Shown: in pieces, positions 1-10,956 of the stretch | Numbering within the stretch: position 1 is the stretch's first letter | Layout of the letters: the number at the start of each line of letters is the position of its first letter | Origin: Pecten maximus | Lineage: Eukaryota | Length of the DNA: 64,000 bases | Reading direction: 5' to 3' | Assembly: GCF_902652985.1 (NCBI RefSeq) | Contig: NC_047025.1 | Location: 29,326,001 to 29,390,000 of the forward strand | Notes under the pieces: generated by a model | Seen by the model: only the letters and a program-made list of their open reading frames with translations | The model's database searches: none | What the model was told of the DNA's origin: nothing | Translations under genes and position numbers: made by a program

Positions 1-866
1 TCTATTTCCTCTTCAATGCCCCCTAAAAAGAAGACACGGAAGAGAAACAGGTCGAAAACTGTTTAATCATATGACAAAACTGCAACATTTTCACATTACA
101 GAATTTTAATGATTCTCATTACCTGTCATAGGATTGGGTAGATAATAGTGATCGACAGGAGAAAAGTTCCAAAATGACAATAAATAAGACAAAATCAACA
201 ATGAATTTAAGCTTCGTAATTTATTATTGCTTAAGATTCAACAAAATGTAAATGTAACAACATTTACTAATTCAGTCTACTTAACTCTGTCCGGGAGCAC
301 ATACATAAATGTATATATGTAAGCAAAAAACATTTTGACGTCACGGATTGCTGGAAAGTCCCTTGTAAAAGGGTTATGTTAATACAATATTTGATCAAAG
401 TGAGAATGTTTAGAATTGGCCAATCAGGAAAGGGGAAACTCAAGGTTATGTAATTCCAGTAACACAAAATATTGACCTCCACATGACCATATTTTAGCCA
501 ATGAGAATATTGAGGATAATCAGACCATATATAATATTAAAAAAAAAAGAAGAAATAAATAAATAAATAGAAAACGAGGGCGCTTTTTTTACCGACTATT
601 TCAGAAAATAGGTTTGAATTTTGCATATAAAAATATGTTCTGATTTTAGAAAATGTGAATTTTTCATATCAGAGATTCGAATTCTTGATATATCAGAAAA
701 TTAAAAAAAAACATCTTAGGCATTTTCTGAGGCAAAAAATAATTCTTGATATCAAAAATTATTTTCTGACAATTTTTTTTTTTTTATTAAGATGGAAGTT
801 TTTGGGGAAACTATGACATTGCATTAGTCATGGCTTGTATTGCAATAAACTTACCGTATTCCGCAT
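1..866 (-). other. Possible 5' end of a divergently transcribed gene running off the left edge
   Basis: Minus-strand GTAAGT donor at 854-849, GTAATG donor at 122, and a strong polypyrimidine tract + AG acceptor at 24-23 followed by an open frame (GIEEEI). No product recognised. Confidence 0.3.
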
Positions 867-914
867 GCTTCCGTTTCCGTACTAAATTCCGGGTTTATAA
901 TCGTCTTGATAGCT

Positions 915-3900
915 ATGGCGTCGAGATCTGCGTGTGTGTCGTTTTTCATGTTGGGAAGAAGGACGTCGTGTAAGGACTTGATGTTCGTACTGTTTTTGCT
1001 TGGATGTTTCCACGATTCACTCGAGAAGCCGTTTAGTGGAGAATCTCTGTCCCCTGTGATTTTGAGTAAGTTTACAAGTTATATGATTGTTTACATGTAG
1101 ATCTATGTGTTGTGATGACACACGTGACGGTGAAACAGTGTTGGTGGTGTCATCAGATCTGGATCGCTTATATAATTTAGTAAATATCTGTGATGGTGAC
1201 CAAGAGAAATAAACTCGCTTGCGTCGGCACTACAAATTATAAATCCACATTTGATTCAAAAAAAAGAGAGAGAGATTGATGCGTAAGGGGCGTTTGAATA
1301 TTATGCATTTATGGCCCTAGATGCAGGTTTGTTTACCCGAAGGTGCACGTGCATGTCATATTTCCCGAGGGCAATATGAGAGCTGAATAAAATTGTTTAA
1401 ATTGTTAAATTGTTTATTATACCGAAAAATGATAAGTAATGATGATACTCAAAAATAAACTGAAGATATGAAATATCGGTATGGTAATGACCGAAATGGA
1501 GTTGGAAATTCCGAAATGGAGGAAAAAAGCGCCGAAATGAACCACAAATTAACATATCACTCACAGTGCTAGTTAATTTAAATGTCAATATACTAAAATA
1601 TATAATTAATTATATTTATTTATTTAATATCGCCTCACAGAGGCATGTTGTTTACCGACGTCACACAACAGGTCGCCGAAATGGAGCAATAATGGACCAA
1701 TGGACGCCGTTTGAAGAGTTATGTGATCTTCTTAATGATCTAACATTAAAAAGAAAGGATTCCCAGAAAGCGCCATGAGCAATAAATGTGGAATTGTCGT
1801 ATTTTCTTGTGTTCAATATCGTGTAAATAATGAAACACATTGACTTGTCACCCACATGAAGTTCGCTGCGTTGGTTAACAGAAATGTACCGCAAATACTG
1901 ATACTTATTTATATTTAATTCAGAAAATATAAAAATAAAGCTCCAATATTATCCAGAGATTGAAGACTGAGATCCCGGTTGCTCAATTGATACGATTCCA
2001 GTCAAGACGTTATTGACAGTTTCTTTTAGAAACTCTTGGAAACAGTTGGCGTGTACATTTGTTGATATTTTCGTGTTCTGAGCAATCTTGTTTTGCAGAA
2101 TTTTATCTATTTCTGCATCTCCGACTGCACGAAAACGTTTCTGTTTGTCTGCCATTTGTAAATAACTGGAAGGGAGACAACTCCTCACAACAGAATGTGG
2201 GGAGATATGATGTTTTGTCCCCCTTCCACATGATGCGTTTCGGGTAATCACAGGCACTGTGTTATAAACATGAGGTATAATAATACCTATTCAGCACCTC
2301 ATATGCACTTTAATTATATAATATGTCGGGGTTAATGGCGATTGCGATATAGATATAAAATATTAGTAATTGACGTACAGCCGATGGGGGCCAAAAATGC
2401 CCATATCTAGCCCCACCATTTTTTCTGAGAAGGGGGATTTTTGAACTTAGTTTTCCAATCCTGTTATCATATTCAGAAAACCTAATACATGATGGTTCTG
2501 AAAATAGTTTATCTATACATGCATGCACGCTGTGAGTCAAATGAAGTAAACATGTATTAATAATAATCCAAAAAATGATATTTTTCAGTGCCTGGTGATG
2601 GAGGGAGCCAGTTCTTCGCCAAGCTGAATAAAACAAATGTTCCACATGTTTTCTGTGAAAAGCAAACATCTGACTATTTCAATCTGTGGTTGAATGTTTA
2701 TGAATTAGCACCGTACTTGATCGACTGTTTTACAGATAATATGAGGTACAGTCAAATTTAAACTTGCCCTACTTGCTATATACTGTAAACGTACTTATTT
2801 TTAGCGCAATCAAATTTTAGCGCATTTGCAGATTTCAGCCAGTTAGCGCAATGATGAATTAGCGCATCCACAGAACTTTCTATAGAAATGGAACGTACAA
2901 AAAGGAATTAGCGCAATCATAATTTAGCGCAAGGCTTCCAGCGCGAAAAGCGCTAAAATAAAATTACCGCTAAAATATGTACGTTTACAGTAGCTACCTT
3001 TAACAATTCAACCTGTCTACAAAGGCTAGTAGCTATAGGCCACCAGTTTTTGTTCTCTTGGTAACAATTCATTTGTAAATGAGTAATTTATAAAGGGCAC
3101 CTGCAGTTATAAAGTCACTTTTCTCAGGTACCTTGAGCAACTTTTGAAGGCAGGTTTTACTGTAGTGTAATAATTTTAGCTCCATTTATATATTAGCTCT
3201 AGACTAAAGACACCTAGATCTTGTCTCCTATACAATTAATTATGATATATGGCATTACTTAGGTGTGAGCTCTTGATTTTGTCAGAAATACGATTTTTCA
3301 AATAATCTATGGTTAAAGGTCAGTTTTAGTTTCAAAAATCAATATTCTATAAGATATATATATAGTGTAAGGATATTAAACCCATGATGTACATACTTTC
3401 TTTCAAGACTGTTCAATAAAATTTGCTTTAGAAAGCTATATGTGTATATTCTGTTATTGAAAGATGATTTTAAGTTTGATGCATGTAATCTTTTGATTTT
3501 ATTACAGGTTAGTATATGACCGCAAGACCCACACTACCCACAATGCACCAGGGGTTGATATACAGATCCGAGGCTGGGGTGACACTGAGACCGTGGAGTG
3601 GCTAGATCCCTCACACTTTGGGTTCAGTGAGTAAAATATTTTATATGAAGAATACAGTTCATATGGAAAATGATAAATGATATAATGATGTACTCTGCAA
3701 TCCAGAGTTGATCATAAAGTGGGAAAATGACTGGATGAAGAGATATTTATTACATTGGTAATAATAATAATTAATGATTTGGAGTTTTATATGTATACCG
3801 CTGCATTACTGCCACATAGCCATCTCAAAGTGGTATACTTTTGGTTTATTTTTTGTTTAATGTCATATTAACAGCCAGGGTCAGAGGTATACAAAATTAT

Positions 3901-6139
3901 GGAAAAAATTCATGATTTTGTTATTCCTACAAAAGAATTAGAGCCAGTCTGAAAACTGATTTGAGAAACTTTCACATTTCACCTCATTTTGTTAATGCAC
4001 ATATGCAAATCCTTAAGCTTCATTTTAAGATCCTATGGTGCACGTCACATACCTCAACATGTTCCTATGACCCAGAATGAAAAATTAACACATGGATCCA
4101 ACCCCTGGATCACTTACCGGTATTAATTGATCAAGGAGTTGGGCCCAGGACTTAATATTAGTGTTCTAGGGGTTGGACCAAGGGGATAATTTAAGAGATC
4201 TAGGGTTGGACAAAGATTCCAGTTTTTCATTCTGGATTATAGGAACTTGTCAAGCCCCTGTAGTGCACATTAAATTGTCTAAATCACAGGTATTAGCGCG
4301 AGCCTCATCTGTAAATACACTCAGTATTCCGTATTGACAAATGAGGCTAGTACTAGCTGTCTGAATCTTTCACTTTGTTGAGGGAAGGTGAAAATGAATT
4401 ACAGTAATTATGGTGTTGTATATTTTTCTGTTCGTTATGGTTACAGCCAGTTACTTCTACTACATTGCTGAGGATTTAGAATCATGGGGATATAAGCGAG
4501 GAGTCTCCCTCAGAGGTGCACCATATGACTTCCGCAAGGCACCAAGTAAGTTTGTACATTCTTACTTTATTATCTCTGAGTTTCACGGTAATATTTATTA
4601 TAATTATAACTTTATGCCCCAAAATGGATTTGTCACAGGCAGTAAAACAATGCAACAACAAAAATTATTAGTCATATGTTGTATGGAATTGACACAGTTT
4701 TGAAATATGTCTGTGTCATGTAAAAAAATATTTCTGTGTTATTGATTTTCTGCAATTTTGGACTAGAAGACATTACATAAATTTTGATTAAGTTGAGAAA
4801 TGTTTTTTAATCTGTTGCTTGATTACAGCAAAAAGAAACAAGACATTTCACTTTTAGAACAAATGGTCGTAAACCGATATTTTACTAGTTAAATCAACAC
4901 TGTGTTTGAACAAAGTTGTAGAAATTACATTTGAAGAATTTAATGATTTTATTTTAATTCACAGAAGAATACCTTTATACAGTCATATATATGTATAATA
5001 TATGTTTTGGTATTCTGTCTCTCCAGATGAGATGGGAGGCATGTACAAGAAGCTCCAGGCTTTGATAGAGGATACCTACACCCTTAATAACAACACTCCA
5101 GTAACACTCCTTGGTCACAGCATGGGGAACCCTGTCACACTCTACTTCCTCAACCACATGCCACAGGTCTGGAAAGACAAGTACATCAAAAGATTTATCA
5201 GTCTGGCTGGTGTGTGGGCAGGTGTCATCAAAACTCTCAGACTCTTCGCTTCAGGTCAGAAACACATTATTATTGTTGTAATAGAAATATCATTTATGCT
5301 TTTGTTGCAGAATCTTTTTATACATTAAGATTATCATTACAATAGATGTTATTTTTCACATTAAAAATGTTTAGGGAAGACCTCAAACAGGTTGGGGAGA
5401 TAACTGAAGTTCTAAAGCTTCATTCCCATCTTTTTTGAAAACTGAATGTCAACCTGTAATAAAAAAATGTTTATTAGAAGAAAATGGGATAAATAATTGG
5501 ATGATTTAATATATTTTAATTGATAATCATATAATATAGGTGAAACTTCTGTAATACTAACAATCTTTCTTATTTTCATTCCTCTTTTAACTGAATAATA
5601 ATAAATCTTGTTGCAACTTTGTAGGTGATAACTTGGATGTGTATGTGGTGGAAGCTCTAAAGGCACGGTTAGAACAAAGGTCAATGGCCAGTACAGCATG
5701 GTTAATGCCCTCTGACCTTTACTGGGAAGCTGATGAAATCTTGGTCTCACGTCCAGAGAAGAATTATACAGTGAAGGACTTCAAACAGTTCTTCTTGGAT
5801 CTTAACTATACTGATGGCTATGACATGTTCCTTGATACAAAAGATCTGACTAGAGACCTCACCCCACCAGGTGTGGAAGTCCACTGCCTACATGGCTACA
5901 ACCTGACCACACCAGGAAGGTTGGTGTACGGTCCAAACATGTGGCCAGACTCGCAGCCTAAAGTGATTCCAGATGATGGAGATGGTACAGTCAATATACG
6001 AAGTCTAATTGCTTGTAAAAAGTGGATAGGAAAACAGAAACAGAAAGTCTACCATCAACAGTTTATCCACGCAGAACATATGGAGATTTTAAGGGATGTT
6101 AGGATAAACGCATATTTAAAATCTGTTCTTTTGTCCTAA
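915..6139 (+). CDS. PLA2G15: Group XV phospholipase A2 / lysosomal PLA2 (LCAT family), 6 exons, about 422 aa
   Basis: Exons 915-1065, 2589-2745, 3508-3626, 4447-4545, 5027-5254, 5625-6139. All introns are GT-AG with consistent phases, total 1269 nt. Motifs: SPVIL-MPGDGGSQ, LWLN, DCFTDNMRLVYD, LRGAPYDFRKAP, lipase nucleophile GHSMG, GDGTVN (catalytic Asp), EHMEIL (catalytic His). Hydrophobic N-terminal segment. Closer to PLA2G15 than LCAT by recalled sequence. Confidence 0.92.
1300..2330 (-). mobile_element. Crypton-like (tyrosine recombinase DNA transposon) deletion remnant in PLA2G15 intron 1
   Basis: Peptide from 2155 (-), MADKQKRFRAVGDAEIDKILQNKIAQNTKISTNVHANCFQEFLKE, matches the RF-x8-I...NT...F..(F/Y)L N-terminal signature of Crypton/DUF3504 proteins. 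Imperfect inverted repeats ATATGAGAGCTGAATA..TTATTATACC (about 1374-1423) and GGTATAATAA..TATTCAGCACCTCATAT (about 2274-2303). Confidence 0.55.
2749..3162. mobile_element. Tc1/mariner-type MITE (outer), TA-flanked, starting at intron position +4
   Basis: Imperfect TIRs CAGTCAAA..AAACTTGCC / GGCAGGTTTTACTG. TA at 2747-2748 and 3163-3164. Confidence 0.6.
2783..2990. mobile_element. Tc1/mariner-type MITE nested in the previous one
   Basis: TIRs CTGTAAACGTAC / GTACGTTTACAG, TA on both sides (2781-2782, 2991-2992), internal TTAGCGCA subrepeats. Confidence 0.8.
3841..3883 (-). mobile_element. 3' tail fragment of the same SINE as 10717-10936
   Basis: Reverse complement TGACCCTGGCTGTTAATATGACATTAAACAAAA..AAACCAA matches 10891-10935. 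Confidence 0.7.
4039..4268. mobile_element. Degenerate MITE / foldback element
   Basis: Inverted arms GTGCAC..GTTCCTATGACCCAGAATGAAAAA and TTTTTCATTCTGGATTATAGGAAC..GTGCAC. Confidence 0.55.
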
Positions 6140-6891
6140 AAGGGAATTTTTAATTATATACATACAATGTAACTTATATATGGTATATATATAAGCATTT
6201 ACCTATAGATCATACATGTACCATCTCCCTCCATTTTCTTATTTGTCTTTCATGTTAGCAGGGAAAGATTCCTGTTGACCCGAAGAGTATAATAGATTAT
6301 AACTTAAGAACATTGAATTGAGTGATGTCTCAATGCTAGGGTGACATCATGAATCAGAACACTTTTACAACATAGAGTAGATACATATATAATCACATGT
6401 CATTAGGTTCAAACATTGATTTTATAAAACATTAGAAAACTAGAACTGATATTATCTAATTTAATCAATTGCTGAATTATTCAAGACCTGTTCTCTTTGA
6501 TATGTGATTCTGTAGGTTTGTACCTGTAGATAGCTAGTGATGTGGCCATGGACCAACATGATATTCATACACTACCCATGTGTATTTATTTTCAAACAGT
6601 TGAAAATACAATAATATGGGATCTTGAACTGAAAATATAGGTGGTAGAAAAATGATCATTCCCTAACCTTAAATGTATAACAAAAATATCTCTGCCCTCT
6701 TCATAAGAATCTTGAATATCGCACCCTAAAATGAGCCTCTGGCCTGACACTGCTGACAGTTTGGAAGACTTCTTTCTACTCTTTAGCAATAACTGAACGC
6801 TGATGTTTAGCAATGAAGCAGAAATTGTTAATATCATTTAATGCAGTGATATTTGGTGAAAATATAAATTCAAAGTGCCTTGATAGTTCCT

Positions 6892-7171
6892 AAATTGGTA
6901 TCAGTAGTTCTAAAATTGGTATCTGTAGTTCTAACATTGGTATTGGTAGTTCTAACATTGGTATCAGTAGTTCTAACATTAGTATCAGTAGTTCTAACAT
7001 TGGTATCGGTAGTTCTAACATTGGTATCAGTAGTTCTAACATTGGTATCAGTAGTTCTAACATTGGTATCAGTAGTTCTAACATTAGTATCAGTAGTTCT
7101 AACATTGGTATCGGTAGTTCTAACATTGGTATCAGTAGTTCTAACATTGGTATCAGTAGTTCTAACATTGG
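6892..7171. repeat. 21-bp minisatellite (TTGGTATCAGTAGTTCTAACA), about 13 copies
   Basis: Visible tandem period. Explains the periodic ORFs 6870-7223, 6880-7176 and 6890-7183. Confidence 0.95.
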
Positions 7172-7310
7172 AATAAAATGCATGTCTACTCTTATAATTC
7201 CATATAAATATTTTTAAAAACATCTCTATTTTACACCAGAAAACAGATACATCAACTTCTACTACTCTAGTTGGCCCGGTTAGGTGTTTGGATGTCTTAA
7301 ATTACTGTGA

Positions 7311-7341
7311 GAGGAAATCAAAGTACTCAGAGAAAACCCAC
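7311..7341 (-). mobile_element. Degenerate V-domain SINE fragment
   Basis: Reverse complement GTGGGTTTTCTCTGAGTACTTTGATTTCCTC resembles the V core at 10831-10862. Confidence 0.45.
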
Positions 7342-9410
7342 TTGATGAGGCAGGTGTCCCTCCTACCTTTACATTTGATAGTACATTGTACCTTGGTAAT
7401 GCAGGAGATTTACTGGTGATTTCTTATTCCACAAATGGCTAACTGGTTTTGACTCTAAATTAACAGACGTTTTGGTGAATGTTGTGATAGAGTGTCATTT
7501 TAAGTGCTTTTTTATTGGTGCAAAATTTTGTTAATATTTGCTCAAATATTTTTACAATTTTTTAGGAATTGTGGTATAACATACCGGTATATATTTATGT
7601 ACATTTTGATTATGATGCTGTTATGTTTGTGTAAATGGAGATCTCAAGGCTTAAGGTATTAAGGTATATTAATTGAGATCTGTATTTGTTTAGCGATACA
7701 CCTGTTTGTTATTGTAGTAAAGATCTGAGGATTACCCAGTTATCAAAGATCAAAGTACCGGATAGTTTATTGGGTAAGCTGGTAATTGGTGTTATTCACT
7801 GATTTTTGGAAAAGTATTATATATTTCAGTGATAAGTATGATAAGTAATCCGTAATTTTTCAAACACTCCGTGATCCAGTACATTTCTAAATACATCATT
7901 TTATCAGCAGTAACAGTATTGATATCTGGATCCCCACCACTACCACCACTACCACCACCCCACCACTACCACTGGTACCACTCCATCCACAAAGACCAAA
8001 GTAAACTGTAATGTACTTTACATCATTCGATACCTGGCTATGTATAAATTGATATCTTAATCATTAGGTGATCCTCAGTGGCCTGATATATATATATATT
8101 GGTAATTACGTTTTTTCATTTTTTTTTGTTTTTGTATGCCATCATTAAATATGTCTTCAGAATAGCAGCTAATTGATGTGTAGTCCTAGGCCATTTACCT
8201 ATGCCTTGCCCATACATGTTGGTGCTTTTATTGTGGATGCCCTGGGTGCTTATCCATCAACTCTATGTATATAACATAGCACTACATACACTAGTCGACA
8301 TCACTAGGGAACACCAGTACATTTATGCCACGTAGTGTTGGAGGCAACAGTCTGTATCAAAAATTTATACATTCATGTTGAAATTATGTTCCATTTATCA
8401 TAGTGCATTATTATTATATGCATATTAGTGCACACCAGTATGTTTAGTATGTATATCATGTAATCGTCCCTTTATCCAGCTATTTTTGTCCATGTTGTTT
8501 TTGCATGTCACTAGTCCCTAGTGTTATATACTGTGGAGCATTTTTCATTGGTTAACCCAGTCAGAAATCAATTGTGACCTCATTGATATGATGCCAGAGA
8601 TTGTGAACGGTGCAACCAAATGGGTGTCTGTTTGATAAAGTCCTCCTCATTTTGACTTAAAAACCTTACAAAACATAGGTTTTCTGAGTTATCTGATAAA
8701 AAGTATCTTAAATTTATTTTCATTTCAAATGAGATTTTATGAGTTTTTATAAGTTCATATTTTTGCTCGGCAAGATGCACAAAAATAAAAATGTGTATGA
8801 CTTGTTTCATAAAATCTGATATGAAATGAAAATTCATTCAAATTGATGATCCTGATTATATATGTTAATTGTACCTCTGTCTAAACCATATCCTTTGTGC
8901 CATTCAAGTCAACAAAACCAAAGCCATCATTGAGATCCAATTGTACTGTTACTGTAATGCAAGAATAAAGAAATGAAAGTAATAAAAAAATGATATATAA
9001 TTATATTATCCCATAATTTGTCACTAGAAAGTCCAGTCAATGGTGATTTGTCGAATATTAAGGTTAAACAATTCAAACTAATGTTTATGTGAGTGTTTTA
9101 CCACCTTTCAAATGTATACATGCTCGGATACCAAACCTTCCTGTCAATGGACAGTGCTATATTTTACAACTATCATAAGTTAAAATCCTTGTGCTACATA
9201 TATATTAATTCCTGTTTTCCTTTTCCTCTCAAAGTCTTGTCTCATGAATCTGAAAAGATCTGTTTATGTGGCATTATCTGTAATGGCAAGTTAATGTTTG
9301 ATTTGCTTTTGATTTAAATGTATTTTATATAGATTTGTTCTGGAGCATTTATTAAGATTTACATCCTAGCTAACACTGCATAACCGCATCCATTATTTTC
9401 TACCTCATGA

Positions 9411-9513
9411 ACAGGTGCTTGACTCGTTTTTTAAAATAATAACATAAAAGAGTACATCTCATTTATATGTACTCTTATATGTTATTATTTTATAAAACTA
9501 GTCAGGCACCTGT
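9411..9513. repeat. Near-perfect inverted repeat (about 47-bp arms, 9-nt loop)
   Basis: ACAGGTGCTTGACTCGTTTT..AGAGTACAT / ATGTACTCT..AAAACTAGTCAGGCACCTGT. Confidence 0.85.
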
Positions 9514-10716
9514 GCCTTATGTACATGTTAGATCATTGCTCACAACTCAGATTGTCATTGTTATTCCTGTCTTAAGACAAGTGATTTTATTTATGCATAA
9601 TAATTGTAAAGCACAAAACACAGTGAACTACCTTTAGAATGTGATGTATTATATATATAAAAATTATCAGTCAGAGAAATACTACACTTGTTATATACCA
9701 AGACAGAATATTGATATGTTAGTACAAGGGAGATCAATCATACACATTTTGGGTTTTGTCTGTTTGTGTATATATGTACTAGAAAATTAATGCTTCAATA
9801 AATGATCAGTTTGTTAAACTGTTTCATATGTTCATCAAATTGAACTGAAGTGTTGTAAGTTGCATAAGGTGTATATAAAAGATGGCTAAAATAGATTATT
9901 GAACCTAATATGGGATCTATTTTGTTGTAAAGCCTACATGTATATCTTTAAAAATATCTACCCGGTGGGTTAAAAATATCTACCCGGTGGGTTTATTATG
10001 GCAATATGCAGATAATCATGTTTAGTAGAGCTCATTTCTATCATTTGATGATTTATTATTCATGTTCATGTCCCATAATGTAAGTGTATGCTTGCAAATG
10101 AAATTGATTTTCCTTTTCATTATATAATTCTATCAGTCCAGTTTTGGTTGTATTGGATCATCAATCCATTTAGTTTGTATAGTTATGGCCACATAGTAAT
10201 TGTATATTTTATGCAGAATACATATTGTATCTACAGAACCATACACTTTCTAATGGAAAGATTTTATAATAATGTTATAGTAGTAAACCTGCATAAACAG
10301 TTGATCTAGAGTTGCTTCCCATTGACCACAATGTCATGCCAGTAGATTCATCAGATAGTTGGATCCAGTTGACATTTGGTCTTCGTAAAGTCCTCCTATA
10401 TGAAGAGGACTATAGGGGATTTTCTCCATTATTTTAAGTAAAACATGTCCAGAGTGACTTAGAAGTGTCATTAATATAGAAATAAGAACTGTCTGCATAA
10501 ATGGAAGCAGTCTGGCCCAGTGTGTACACAGCAAACACTATGTACAGTTTGTACTCTGCCCACAGGATGTACAGTTTTTACACACTCTACAGTTTGTACA
10601 TCGTCCAGTGTGTACACATGTACAGCCAACAGAGTATACACAGACCACAGGCTGTACACCATTCAGTATATATATGTACACAATTGAGTGTGTACACAGC
10701 CCACAGTATGTACACA

Positions 10717-10936
10717 GTCCTCGGCGGCCGAGTGGTTAAGGTGTCCCGACACTTTGACACTAGCCCTCCACCTCTGGGTTGCTAGTTCGAAACCTACATG
10801 GGGCAGTTGCCAGGTACTGACCGTAGGCCGGTGGTTTTTCTCCGGGTACTCCGGCTTTCCTCCACCTCCAAAACCTGGCACGTCCTTAAATGACCCTGGC
10901 TGTTAATAGGACATTGAACAAAAACAAACCAAACCA
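10717..10936 (+). mobile_element. tRNA-derived SINE with V-type central domain, full length
   Basis: A-box GGCCGAGTGGTTAAG, B-box AGTTCGAAACC, V-domain GGTTTTTCTCCGGGTACTCCGGCTTTCCTCCAC, tail ending in (AAACC)n. Confidence 0.85.
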
Positions 10937-10956
10937 AGTATACACATTCCAGCGAG

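Noticed and set aside
6870-7223. Periodic ORFs (NVRTTDT / VVLTLVS / MLELLIP)
   Set aside because: Artefacts of a 21-bp tandem repeat that is open in several frames.
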